This document shows positions 29,381 to 43,272 of a stretch of 64,000 nt of DNA, piece by piece. A model generated the notes under the pieces. That model saw only the letters and a program-made list of their open reading frames with translations, did not search any database and was not told where the DNA came from. Position 1 is the first letter of the stretch. The number at the start of each line of letters is the position of its first letter. This DNA comes from the human T2T-CHM13v2.0 reference genome, Homo sapiens, in NCBI RefSeq assembly GCF_009914755.1, contig NC_060926.1; one strand, written 5' to 3'. The position numbers and the translations under genes are program-made.

Positions 29381-29705
29381 GGCCGGGCGCGGTGGCTCAT
29401 GCCTGTAATCATAACACTTTGGGAGACCGAGGCAGGCGGATCACGAGGTCAAGTGTTTGAGATCAGCCTGGCCAATATGGCAAAACCCCGTCTCTACTAA
29501 AAACACAAAAAAATTAGTCAGGCGTGGTGGTGCGTGTCTGCAATCTCAGCTACTCAGGAGGCTGAGGCAGGAGAATCACTTGAATCTTGGAGGTGGAAGT
29601 TGCAGTGAGCCGAGACTGTGCCACTGTGCTCTAGCCTGAGTGACAGAGGAAGACTCTGTCTCAAAAAGTAAAATAAAAAAATTTTAAAAATTAAAAATAA
29701 ATAAA
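29381..29705 (+). mobile_element. AluS
   Basis: TSD gaaaagtacatttt. Confidence 0.92.
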
Positions 29706-29907
29706 TGAAAAGTACATTTTAATGTAAGGCAATTAATTTGAGTTCATTTGGACAAATGGAGAACAAACATCAGAATGGAGTATCATTAAGAGTATACACT
29801 TCTTTTAGCTTAATGAAATTTTGTGTGTACATACATTTCATTCATTAGAAACATATTCTTTCATTCTTCTCTCCATTCGGATGAATGCATAGTCCACTCT
29901 GCACTCA

Positions 29908-30325
<418 letters not shown>

Positions 30326-30524
30326 CTAAATTTCTAATTTAGAAACTTACCAGCAGAATACTGCTGGGCAAGTTAAAACAGCACAACTCCGAGGGTCGTG
30401 GGGAATGAACTGGGTTCACAGGTGCACAGCACATGGCACGAGGCCAGGCACAAATCACATGTTCTGGGCGTGTTAGCCGTTCCTATTCTGATTGTTCTAT
30501 ATGTTGGGCAGCAGTTTCCGCACT

Positions 30525-31123
30525 TGTATTAAGTGTGTCTTTTTATTCTGATGCTTTGACATCTAGGACCTTGCTGACTCTAGACAGACTGCCTGAATCA
30601 GGCCAGCCAATTTCTAGAGATAGTAAAGGACTCACCTGCAAGTGCACCTTTCAGATGCCAAGCAACGACCCCAGAGCCCACACCCAGCCACCTCCTTTAG
30701 CATCTGTCATAGGGCCCTCAGACTCAGGCCAATATTCCCCTGCCCTAATCACCCCAGGGCCAAATACTAGACAACCAGACGCAGTCCCTCCACCCCAGAG
30801 CTCACTGGAATTATTCAAACTAGCCAATCCTAAGCCTGCTTAGCCCACCCCACCAGGGAAACCAGGATAAAGGTCCTCGCCCACTATTCCCCTCACCAAT
30901 TCTGCCTCCTGACTTGCCCTAGTGCTCTCCCATGTGGCCGTGAATGGTGTGGCATGCCCCCTCCACCAGGAGCTGTGAGCAATAGCTATCTTTACAATGG
31001 CAGTCTGGCAGTTGTCTCCTGATCTGTTGGCCTCACCATAATTAAATTATATACAATTGAATCATAATATAAGTATGAATAATATTCACAATTGAATAAT
31101 AATGAAATCTACATTTTAAAACA
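30525..31123 (+). mobile_element. ERV1 solo LTR, MER39-like
   Basis: tgtattaagtgtgtctttttattctgatgctttgacatc...agccaatttctagagatagtaaa...tacattttaaaaca (TG...CA ends). Confidence 0.75.
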
Positions 31124-31481
31124 TTTTAATAAGGTTCAAGACAGTTTTGAAATATTGATATTTTCAACATGATTAGAATAAATTTATACCCATAGACATG
31201 ATGGCCAACTATAATGCATAGAATTATTATGTAACATCTCTTATGAACTAAACATTCTACTGTGTAATTTAGAGAATATAATAATTTTTAAAATAATCTT
31301 TAGTCTTCATCACCCCTCATTACTCCTTAGAGGAATCAGGTACATGTGCAACATAGCATAGATTATAAGACAAACTGTGATCATTGCCATTACAGAGATA
31401 CAAGGAAATATGGGAGGGTAGGAAAAGGAGAGATTAATTCTGGGAAGAGATTTCCATTGTGGATAGAATCCAACATTTTTA

Positions 31482-31790
31482 GGCTGGGCGCAGTAGCTCA
31501 CACCTGTAATCCCAGCACTTTGGGAGGCCAAGGAGGGCAGATCACTTGAGGTCAGGAGTTTGAGACCAGCCTAGCCAACATGGTGAAACACTGTCTCTAC
31601 TAAAAATACAAAAATTAGCCGGGCATGTTGGTGCATGCCTGTAATCCCAGCTACTTTGGGAGGCTGAAGTAAGAGAATCCCTTGAACCTGGGAGGAAGGG
31701 GATGAAGTGAGCCAAGATGGTGCCATTGCACTCCAGCCCGGGCAACAAGAGCAAAACTCTGTCTCAAAAAAAAAAGGAAAGAAAAAGAAA
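31482..31790 (+). mobile_element. AluS
   Basis: TSD agaatccaacattttta. Confidence 0.92.
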
Positions 31791-33076
31791 AGAATCCAAC
31801 ATTTTTATTTCCTTTTATATGTTCTACATTTCTTTATTCAGTGTTAATTTGGAGATTTATAAAGACTTAAAAATCACTTTTTTAAACTAGTACATTCTTG
31901 ATTAATTCAAGTAAATCATTGCCACCTGACAAGCTTTTTAGCCTCCAGTAGAACAAATTATGAGTCAATACTGCACACAATTCCTTCTAAGAGTGAAATG
32001 AAACATGAGAACTTGTTATAGTTGGAGAGCTCAATTATATACGTGGGCAACTTACATTTTGTTGCCAACTAACTTGGCCTCGTGACAATCTAGTAGGTTG
32101 CAAGTTTGCTTGGCATAAAGTTTAACTAGGAATGAAAATTAGCAAAAGTATTTAGAAATTTTTTATCCTTCTATTATATAGTTTAACTGCTTCTGTGGAT
32201 TATTGTTTTTCCACTTAAAGATAATTTTTATGATCAATAAAGTATTACGCAAACAAGAATCCACTTAACACTAATATCAGTTAGGCATCAGCATGTCCCT
32301 GTGATGTACATGAGTCATCTTACATAAAAATGACTGCAGTGATTTTTAACAAAGGAATTCTAGGTAGTCCCACTAAGACTGGGACCTGTGAGGCTCATAT
32401 GCAATGACAGGTGTCTTTTTTGCCTTTTCTCAGTTGCTGTCTTTACCTCTTCTGGGTAAAAATGGCCTTGATAAGGCCATTGCTTTCTGCCACTGGCCCT
32501 TTCCCACCATGTCTGGGCAAATGCCCTCATGGCCTCTTGTTAGCCTATACGGCATCCTTGTGTAAATTGGAAAAAGGAAAACTTTCTTTGCAACCCTCAG
32601 CTGTCCCCTCTGAAAAGTTATCTTAACTAACATGAGTCCAAAAATGCAAAAATAATGAAGGTAGTTCCTCAAGTGTGCACACCCAACCTGTGCAGTATGA
32701 TAGGACCCTGGTTGCTGTGCAAAAGGGAAATGTACCTTCCTGTCTATCCCAGTGAACACTGGATGTCTGTGTCCATGGCTGTTTGACAAAATGCTTGTGT
32801 TTTACAATTAATATAGAACCCAAGTTTACAGTTTTTATCAATTAATATTCCAGGTTATTCCAATCATAACCCCACTTCCCATCACTTGCATTCTGATCAT
32901 CTTAGCTCTGAATTAGAGCTAAAGGATACAGTTTATGCCGGCAGAATGAAAACATCCCTGGACCCCAATCTCTAATGGTGACCTGGGATTGATGTACAGA
33001 ATTGTGAATTTTGTTTTTCTGTCCCTTTTCCTTATCCTTCTAACTGTGGATACATCTTTATTAAGAAAAGGACAAG

Positions 33077-33338
33077 AGACCAGGTGCAGTGGCTCACACT
33101 TATAATCCCAGCACTTTGGGTGGCCAAGGTGGGTGGATTGCTTGAGTCCAGGAATTTGAGACCAGCCTGGCCAACATGGCAAAACCACATCTCTACTAAT
33201 ACAAAAATTAGCCAGGCATGGGGGTCCACACCTATAGTCCCAGCTACTCAGGGGACTGAGGTAGGAGGATCAATTGAGCCCAGAGGTTGCACCACTGCAC
33301 TCCATCCTGGCTCATAAAGTGAGACCCTGCCTCAAAAA
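33077..33338 (+). mobile_element. AluJ-like
   Basis: Alu consensus. Confidence 0.88.
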
Positions 33339-33570
33339 TGAAAGGAAGGAAGGAAGGAGAGAAAGAAAGAAGAAAGAAAGAGAGAAAGAAAGAAAGAAAG
33401 AAAGAGGAGGAGAAGAAGGAGAAGAAGAAGAAGAAAAAGGAGGAGGAGGAGGAGGAAAGGAGGAAAGGTGGGAAGGAAGGGAAGGAGGGAAGAAAGAGAG
33501 AAAGAAAGAGAAAGAAAGAGGAAAGAAAGAAAGAAAGAAAGAAAGAAAGAAGAAAGAAAGACGTGGAAAG
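33339..33570 (+). repeat. GA-rich (GAAA/GGA)n tract expanded from the Alu tail
   Basis: About 230 bp of nearly pure purine. Confidence 0.92.
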
Positions 33571-33759
33571 ATAAAGTAGAGTAGACCATCTACATTTACA
33601 TTTTTACATTTTTTGGAGTGAAAAATAATGCTGAGAACATTTCTGTGGGTTTCAGTGGAAGTTAATTATCACCACATCAAACTAATAAAGTAAATAATAA
33701 TGTATATTACTACAAAAAATCAAGTAAGCTATACATGAGTTTATTCTTCAATGCTACCT

Positions 33760-34173
33760 TGTCTTAGTCCGTTTTGTGTTGCTATAACAGAATACCTGAG
33801 ACTAGGTCACTTATAAAGAAAAGAGGTTTATTTAGCTCATGGTTCTACAGCCTGAGAAGTTCAATAATGGGAGACAGCATCTGATGGCTTCTGGTGAGGG
33901 CCTCATGCTATATCAAAAGATGGCGGAGAAATGAAAGGGGAACTGGGTATGTGAAAATAGGGAAAAACACAAGAAGCAAACTTATTTTATGACAACTCAC
34001 TCTTGAAGGAACTAATGTATTCCCTTGAGAACTAACCCAGTCTCATGAGAAAGACATTAATCCATCTTAATGACCCAATTCCCACTTAAAGGCACCACCT
34101 ACCAACACTGCCACATTGAGACCAGGCCTTAACATGAGTTTTGTTGGGAATAAACCATATTCAAACCATGGCA
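33760..34173 (-). mobile_element. MST-family LTR
   Basis: tgtcttagtccgttttgtgttgctataacagaatacctgagact...caaaccatggca. Confidence 0.82.
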
Positions 34174-34506
34174 TTAGGTATGGTAAGTACAAATAGGTAT
34201 ATTTTTTAATATTTTTTGTGGAGTCAAAATAATAAGGTTTAAAATGATGTATTAGATTAATATTCACATTCTCTTAAAAAATGAATTTTCAGATCTTTTA
34301 TACTACTAAATCACATACTTACAACATGTGTTTATCATGCCTCGCCCTCATCAAATACACACACACACATGCTTATCCACAAACACTACACACTATTTAA
34401 TTGGGTAGAAGTCAAGGGTGTCAACGTGTGGGTATGCCCATGAACATAAGTTCACCCTGGGAACATTGTCTCCATGTGTTTCTGTGAAAAGATTTGAGAA
34501 TTACAG

Positions 34507-34955
34507 TGTATGAGTTTCCCATGGCTGCTATAAAAAATTACTACAAATCGAGTGACTTAAAACAACAACAATTTATTATCTTACAGTTCTGGAGGCCAGA
34601 GTCCAACATGGATCTGACAAGGCAAAAATCAGGATGTTGGCCAGCCTAGCTCCTCCTAGAGGCTCTAAGGAAGAATGTGCTTCCTTGGCTTTTCTGCCTT
34701 CTAGAAGCCACCTGCATTCCTTGGTTCATGATTCCATCCTCACATCCCACCACCCTCTTCCTCTTCGGTAGTCAAATCTCCCTCTGCCTCCCTCTATAAA
34801 TTCATTTACGCTACAGGATAATCCAGAATGATCTCCCCATCTCAATACCTTTAACTGATCACATCTGCAAAATCCCTTCTGCCATGTAAAGTAACATTCA
34901 CAGATCTGGGGATTAGGAACTAGGTATTCTTTGGTGCCGGTGCTCAGCTATCCAC
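34507..34955 (-). mobile_element. MLT1 LTR
   Basis: ggctgctata...gacttaaaacaac...acagttctggaggccag...cacatctgcaaa. Confidence 0.8.
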
Positions 34956-35768
34956 ACGTGGCAACGTCATGAAGAGGCAGGAATCAGTGAGTCAGACAGC
35001 CAGGGCTCCACTTACTAGTTGTACATGATTTATACTCTTTTTGCTTCAGTTTCCTCATTTAACCAATGAGGAATATTATAATGGTACCTCCGTGGTAGGG
35101 TTGTAAGAATTAAATGAGTTAATAAATGTAAAAATCTTAGACTCTGAATTGTACGCTTTAAAAAATCTTGTTTCCTCAGACATACTAAGTGCCCATCATG
35201 ATCATTATTATTCTACCAAAGAATTGCACATCCCAAAGAATTGCACATCCCAAAGACAGACACAGACACACACAACCCAGGCTCATTTTGTCTTTTTATT
35301 TTTCTTACCTTGGTTCCAGGCCCACAGCCAATGGGTGCTGGCTCTCCTCTGTGTTTTCCAAGCCCGGTGCTTAGCATGCCCAGAACCCTCCAATTCTCCC
35401 TATGGCAACCCCTCACTGAGTGCCAGGGACCTTGTTTCAGCTCCTGTCACACTAAGCAAAAGGTCCTGTTGCCATGGCCATTTGGCAGCTAAGAGTGAGA
35501 TCTTGGACCAATTCCTTTTTTCCCATCTTGCTACCGTGATGTGATTTCTCTCCCATCAGGCTCAAGCCTTCCTTCTCCTCTCCTCTGCATCATACAATCA
35601 CCATCCAGAGACACATACTCCTTTTTTCTTTCAGTGTTTCTCATGGAACAGACTTGTACCATGCAGTCACTCCCAGCTCCCAAGTCATCCACCCGACAGC
35701 AGGTGACCTCACTGGGTCTTTGTGCAACTCTGACTCAGGGGTAACTAAACAGAAACTACAGAGCTATC

Positions 35769-36075
<307 letters not shown>

Positions 36076-38107
36076 CTATCAATTGAAAAAGGAAAGCCTT
36101 TGCCTTTGTGTGAAAACTGAGGCTCTAGCACTTCTTTCTTAATACATTTAAAACATGGCCTTCATCTCCTCTTCCTGGATACCCTCCTTTTCACGCCACT
36201 TGGGGCAAGAAAACTGTTCACAGCCTCATATGACAGCTGAAAGGATAGAGAATATAAATTTATTTCATCACGTACCTTTCTATTTTCATCCACTTCTGTA
36301 GGCTTTCTGCGGAAGTAACACAACAAAACCTAGCACAGGTACAGAAACTTAGAATCTTAATGTTACGACGATATAGAGACATGCTGGTCTGTAGCGTAAC
36401 TGAATGGTGCCCCACCATATTAAATTCAAGTGCTGATAAAGAGTGCACTTTTTAGACTTAATCAAAACTGCCCAGGACACTGATATACTTTCGCCTTTTT
36501 CTTAAATGATGCTCACAGCAAAAGGGAAAAATTTTCCTTATGACGCTGACTTCGGCTGCCTCATTGGACTATCTCTTCTTTATATGCAAGCTGCAAATAT
36601 TCACAAAGTCAAATTAGGCATTAAATTCAGACTCACCCAGACTTTCATGGGTGTGACTGAAGGCAAACTCTGGCCCACGTCGGTGTGGTCAAAACAGATG
36701 AGTAACCATCGAAGGAGGTGATATGCTCACTAATTATGTATCTCGTGGATCTGATCCCAATCTGGCTTTCGTTCCTTAGGTTTTCATTCCTATGGCAGGC
36801 TTTTTTAGGGCAACATTTACAAAAAGATGCTTATGTTTTTACACTTTTGCACTTGGGAAACATTTTTGTGGCGTCTGCAGGGCCCTTTTAAAGCTTGCTC
36901 ATTTAGCAGAGCAATGCGCGATGTAATTGAAACCTGTTTCTCTGGAGTACACCTACTTCTTTCTTCAAACATGGGAGAACTGTTCTTTTGCAGAAAGCTC
37001 CAAGAATCCATTTAAATCCCGTGGTTGCAAACCAGGCCAATATTTCCTCAGTGCCCAGCACTGTGTGGTTGCTTGGTAGCAGGCAATCAAGACAGACTTC
37101 GTGGGAGGCTGGCTGGAAACCCTCCATGTACACAGGGTGGACACACACAAACCTTCAAAGCAGTGGGACATCGGTGCTATCATTTAATTATCTTTGTGGC
37201 TATGAAGTGTCTCACTAGAAATTATTCCATTAATACTTCTTCCCAGTAGGTGTTTCAGACTGATGAGGCAGCGGCTTAGGTGGTAGAACATGGTAATTAT
37301 GATTTTTTAAACGACTAGATGGAAGGCAGTCAAAAACAAATTTTAGTCTCTTACTTTTCAATTTGTTAGAACCACTTTACTGTCCATATGAAGGCTTCTT
37401 TTCACGCCTCAATTGTTCTGGGCCAATTTAAGAAAATTAAAAATTTGGCAAAGGGATTGACTTGAAAAAGAAGGGTTAGAGTAAAAACATACTTAAAGGC
37501 TGTGGCCACACGTGGTTCAAGGCTTGGCAGCTTACCCTGTAATTTGATATGAGAAAAATATTGGGAGGAATGGGAGAAAGCCAAAATTATTTACAGCTGG
37601 AATCCAAATAAAATCAAACCTATGCAATGTGTGGGCTGTATTTATACTTGTCTTTATCTATTATTAATAACCAAGTCAGCGTGTAGCATAATACTTGGCA
37701 CACAATTTTATTGCTCTGAATTATGGGGCAGAAATGATTGCCTGGAATTATGAAAAACAGGCCTCAGGGAGCGCATATTAAAACCAGGGATCTATACATA
37801 TGTACATACATACCCAACACTGACACAATAGGTTAAGAGCAGCACCAAATTTATGGATAAAGTGCTAAGGGGCCACAGTCCAAGGAAACCCAATCTTTCA
37901 TTCTTTCTTTCCCTTGTTCAGGCACTGTTTTATGTCCTATGGATACAGTTATGGAGATGACAGACAGATCCTAGCTCTGATGGAGTGAAAGACAGAGGAG
38001 AGTTGGGTGGGGAGAGAGAGAAAGAGAGCAAGCAGTGGAGTGGGCAAAGGGAGGGTGACACGTAATACAAATAAATGACTGAACCAGAAAAGATTATATA
38101 AGTGCTC

Positions 38108-38549
38108 TGTTGTAAGTTGATGGTAGCCCCCCAAAAGGTTATGTTCACACCCTAACCCCCAGAACCTGTGAATGTGATCTTATTTGGAAAAAGAGTTTTT
38201 GCAGATGTTATTAAATTAAGGATCTTGAGATGAGTTCATCCTGGATTATCTGAGTGAGCCCTAAACCAAATGATAAGTGTCCTTATAAGAGACACAGAGA
38301 AGACACAAAGAAAAGAAGGCGATGTGAAGACAGGGGCAGAGATTGAAGCTAGGAAAGGCCTGAAGCCTCCAAAAGTTGGAAGAGACAGGGAAGTCTCTCT
38401 TTGGGTTCCATGAAGGCAAGTGGGCCTGACAGCACCTTAATTTTGGACTTCTGGCCTCCAGAACTATGACAGAATAACTTTAACTTTCTGCTGTTTTAAG
38501 CCATGAAGTTTATGGTCATTTGTTACAACAGCCCTAGAAAACTAATACA
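38108..38549 (+). mobile_element. MLT1 LTR
   Basis: gaacctgtgaatgtgatcttatttggaaaaag...ggacttctggcctccagaact...aactaataca. Confidence 0.85.
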
Positions 38550-38651
38550 GGTTCTAAAGGAAACAAAACAGACTGAGGGTCACTGTATGCTGGGGGATCT
38601 CACAAGGTCAAAAGACATTGAAACATAAGCAAAGCCCACATCCAAGGACCC

Positions 38652-39025
38652 TGATGTGGCTTGGCTGTGTCCCCACCCAAATCTCATCTCAAATTGTAAT
38701 CCCTATAATCCCCATGTGTGGAAGGAGGGACCCAGTGGGAGGTGATTGGATCATGGGGGTGAGTTCCCCCAGGCTGTTCTCCTGATAGTGAGTGAGTTCT
38801 CACAAGAGCTGATGGTTTCATAAGGGTCTAGCATTTCCCGTTTGCACTTCTGTCTCCTGCCACCATGTAAAGAAGGTCCTTGCTTCCCCTTCGCCTTCCG
38901 CCATGATTGTAAGTTTCCTGAGGCTTCCCCAGCCGTGTGGAACTGTGAGTCAATTAAACTTCCTTTGTTTATAAATTACCCAGTCTCAAGTATTTCTTTA
39001 TTGTAGTGTGAAATGAACTAATACA
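38652..39025 (+). mobile_element. THE1/MST solo LTR
   Basis: tgatgtggcttggctgtgtccccacccaaatctcatc...aactaataca; TSD gaccc. Confidence 0.9.
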
Positions 39026-40354
39026 GACCCCCTCACGGGGACATGAAAAGGGCCTTCCTCTCTTATTGCCAGGTACAGTTTTGGCCAGAAATGGACGCCT
39101 GCTTTTGCTGTCTCCTCTCACTTCTGTCCCTTTCCTGCACAGGGTCCTTCCCTGTCGCTCTGTGGGGCTGGCTTCCTCCCTCCGGTCCCCTCATCCTTCA
39201 TTCCAACAAATGGACCCAGAGCCACGGCCCCACCAATCAGAGAGCCCTGCCACACAGACCACCCAATTGGCCCAGGAATGGGTGTGTGACTCGGGCCAGG
39301 CCAATCAGCGTTCTCCCTGTGGATTTTCTCCTGGAGCTCTCTGAAAAGACAAAGTCTTCCCACTCCAGGGCCGAGCTGATGGGATGTGGCTCTGGGGCTG
39401 TGATCCCCTGACAACAGTCTTTTTAGCTACATGACCAATAACTTTCCTTCTCTCCCTTTTTGTTTAAGTAATCCATTCTCAGTCACTCTTGCTTATAAAT
39501 CAAAGGGCCCTACACTAATTTGAGGCTCTGTCCTGGTAACCTAGGCCAGACCACACGTGGCCTGCAGGATTTGTTTTGTGTAGCCTGGACAAAAGTTAAC
39601 AGGAGGACCTACTTCTCCAAAGGGACCCTGCCTCCATCTTTGTGTCCCCTCCTGCTTCCTTCTTAGCCTGCTAAAGGAGTAGGAGCTGGGCACCTTACTG
39701 TCAAAGCCATGGAAGAGGAGAAAGGAGCAAACCAAAAGGAAAAGAGTAAAAGAATCAAAGCCAACAGAACATCCAGACCATCAATTTCTTAACATTGTGC
39801 CCCAATTTTGTACCTGGCCTCAACCCAATCAGTGTTGCACCTGTATCAGCCTCCATTATTTGCTGTAAGAGCAGAACTGATTCTGGCTGATTCAGGCTGA
39901 CAATGAATTTATCAGAAGGCTGGAGAACTGGGCTCAGAAAACTCACGAGAACTGTGGCAGAATCACAACCAAAATCAGGCCACAGAACCAGGTGGGTCCA
40001 AAGGCTCCGCCGCCCCCACGGTCAAAGACTAGACATCGCTTCTTCCTTTGACCAGAGCAATGCTGACCACGTCCTCTTCCCACCCAAAAGAAATCCGCCG
40101 CATTCTTGAGTGTGAACATCAAAACTCCAGGTGAGACTAGCTGACTGTCCAAGTGTAAGTCATAAGCCCAAGTCACGGGAGATGGGGATGGGACATCTTT
40201 CAGGTGAGCTCTGCCTCCCACCAAGACTCCTATGGGGGAACTTTCTAAGCATTAATTAACTTTTAAATATCTACCATGTCTTCTCTTGGGGTGAAGCAGA
40301 GGGGGGAAAAAAGGGTTTGGCGATTCGGCCACAGTAATTTACATAGTGTTACAA

Positions 40355-40372
40355 CAGTGCCCTCTAGTGACA
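40355..40372 (-). promoter_or_regulatory. Candidate CTCF site
   Basis: TGTCACTAGAGGGCACTG on minus strand, close to the CCASYAGRKGGCRS core. Confidence 0.5.
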
Positions 40373-41048
40373 GACTTTTGATAGGGTGAAAAGCAAGGTA
40401 AATAAGATACACATCCCATAAAAAATCCTGCTGAAATTCAGTCCTGCTTAATTCTGTGAATTAGATCATTGCACAAAGCAAGAGAAGATTCCCAAATGCA
40501 ACTGCAATCCCGTGAGAGGACATAAAGGAACCATGACTTTTAATGGGTGTTAGCTTGAATTAACCACCGTCAGTGCCCGCAGGAACTCAAACAGCCCTAT
40601 ACAATGAGAATGACAGCATCATTTCTGCTGTGACCCTTGAGAATCGCTTGACCGAAGAGAAAAGCTGCTCCTTAGAAGCCCCCACATCCCCAGATCCCCT
40701 CATTTGAGCTGCACTCAGGGCTCCTGCAGTGATTCTGGCTGGTGGAGCCCTGTGAAGCCTGAACAAGCTCTAGGATCTGGCTCACAGGACATGACTGTGG
40801 GACCAACAGAGGAGGCCCAAACCTTGGGGGTGAGCTTCAGATAGAGCACAACAGCACAAACCATGAAAGACATGTGCAGTGATGCTTGTACACTAATAAG
40901 GACGAGATGAGGAAGAAGCCACTGCTGCTGTAATAGCTCTGCAGCCAACAGGCAAACTAGGAAAAGTACATACCTGAGAAAAGCAGAGAGGGCTCTCTGG
41001 AGTGGGCCCAGAACTTGGGATACAAACATGAATGATATAGTTCATGTC

Positions 41049-41770
41049 TGCTATGGTCTGAATGTTCCCCCCCACCACCCAGAATTCATATGTTGAAGCC
41101 TAGCCCCCAGTACGATGATATTTTGAGGTGGGACCTTTGGGAGGTGATTGGGCCATGAGTGTGGAGTCCTCATAATGGAAGTAGTGCCTTTAATAGAAGA
41201 GGCACCAGGGAACTAGCTCTCTCTGTCTCCCTCCACCACATGACAACACAGTGAGAATGTGGCCATTTGCAGGCCAAGAAGAAAGTCCCCATCAGAACTG
41301 GACCATACTGGCAGCCTAAATGCAGATGTCCAGCCTCCAGAACCATAAGAAATAAATTGCTGCCCAGTCTATGGTTTTCTGTGATAGCAGCCTGATATAG
41401 TTTGGCTGTATCCCTATGCAAATCTCACCTTGAATTTTGGGTCCTATAATTCACATGTGGGAGGGTCCTGGTGGGAGGTGATTGAATCATGGGAGTGAGT
41501 CTTTCCCCTGCTGTTTGCGAATATTTAATAAGTGTCACGAGATCTGATGATTTTATAAAGGGGAGTTCCCTTACACAAGCTCTCTTGCCTGCCACCATGT
41601 AAGACGTGATTTTGCTCCTCATTCACCTTCCATTATGATTATGAGACCTTCCCAGCCATGTGGAACTGTAAGTCCATTAAACTTCTTTTCTCTATAAATT
41701 ACCCAGTCTCAGGTATGTCTTTACTAGCAGCGTGAAAACAGACTAATACACAACCCAAACTCACTAAGAC
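41049..41770 (+). mobile_element. MLT1A-like LTR with nested THE1-like LTR (41393-41750)
   Basis: tgctatggtctgaatg...; nested tgatatagtttggctg...gactaataca with TSD cagcc/caacc. Confidence 0.85.
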
Positions 41771-42450
41771 TATATCTTACTTTCTGGCTTCCAGAGAATG
41801 GAAGCCTCTTCCACATTCCTATTCCTTGCTGTGCATTTGTTGAACAAATTATTTGTAAAAGCAGCTACTCTGGTCCTGACATTGCGCTAGGGCTTGGGTG
41901 CCAGGGTTGTTTTAATAACGTGTCAGCTGGTCAAGCCCCTGCAGCAGGGATTTTAACTTGAAACTCCATGACAACAAGGAGTCCACCAGGCAGGTCTGGG
42001 CAGAAAGCTCCAGGCAGATGGAACAAGTGGGGCATGCTTGAGGAGCAGAAAGGAAACCAGGGTGACGCCAGTTTTGTGTGTGCACAGTGTGGAGGCAGCG
42101 TGGACCGCGTGAAGCTCAGGTCACTCTTCTTGCCCCCCTCTTCCTAATAGATTGAAGCCAGGCTGTTAGGCTAGTGGTCAGAGACACAGACACTAGCCTG
42201 ACAGCCTCGCTTCCAATCCTAACTGTGCCCATGACTCATTGCACAGTCCAGGATTAGGCTCTAGACCTCTCTGTGCCTCAATTTTCTCAACTGTAAAGTT
42301 CGGATCATCACAGCACCTACCCCACAGGACTTTTGTGAAGACCAAAATGTTCAAGAGAGTGCCTCGCATGTGGGAAGTGCCAGATAGCTCTGTCATCAGT
42401 ATCAACTCTAATTCAGTATTATTGTCTCTCCTTAGAATTATTATCCTCAA

Positions 42451-43272
42451 TATAAACAGACACTTTTCAAAAGAAAACATACATGCGGCCAACAATCATA
42501 TGAAAAAAAGTTCGACATCACTGATCATTAGAGAAATGCAAATCAAAACTGCGATGAGATACCATCTCACACAAGTCAGAATGGCTATCATTAAAAAGTT
42601 AAAAAATAACAGATGCTGGTGAGGTTGTGGAGAAAAAAGAACGTTTATACACCATTAATGGAAGTGTAAATTAGTTCAATCACTGTGGAAGATGGTGTGG
42701 AAAGTCCTCAAAGACCTAAAGAAAGAAATACCATTTGACCCAGCAATCCCATTACTGGGTATATACTCAAAAGAATATAAATCGTTCTATTACAAAGACA
42801 CACACACATAGGTTCATTGCAGCACTATTTTCAATAGCAAAGACATGGACTCATCCTAAACGCCCATCAATGATAGACTGAATAAAGAAAATGTGATACA
42901 TATACACTATGGAATACTATGCAGCCATATAAAGAATGAAATCTTTTCCTTTGTAGTAACATGCATGCAGCTGAAGATCATTATCCTTAGCAAACTAACG
43001 CAGGAAGAGAAAACCAAATACTGCATGTTCTCATTTATAAATGAGAGCTAAATGATGAGAACACATGGACACAGAGGGGAACAATAGACACTGAGGCATA
43101 TCAGAGGGTGAAGTGTGGGAGGAGGGAGAGGATCAGGAAAAATAACTAATGGGTACCAGGCTTAATACCTGGTGTGACAAAATAATCATACAACCAACCC
43201 CCATGACACAAGTTTACCTATAAAACAAACCTGCACATGTACCCCTGAACTTAAAAGTTAAAAAAAAGAAAT
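42451..43272 (+). mobile_element. 5'-truncated primate L1 (L1PA/L1PB) 3' end
   Basis: ORF2 C-terminus [32 protein letters not shown]..., 3' UTR and A tail. Confidence 0.93.

Noticed and set aside
32623-32841. LGSILIVKHKHF resembling LGAxxxxxEHRF
   Set aside because: The true EHRFY exon is at 19046-19230; this one is out of order and lacks splice context.
33274-33589. K/E/R-rich and F/L/S-rich ORFs
   Set aside because: Translation of a GA-rich simple repeat.
35215-35255. 17-bp tandem duplication (caaagaattgcacatcc x2)
   Set aside because: Ordinary slippage duplication.
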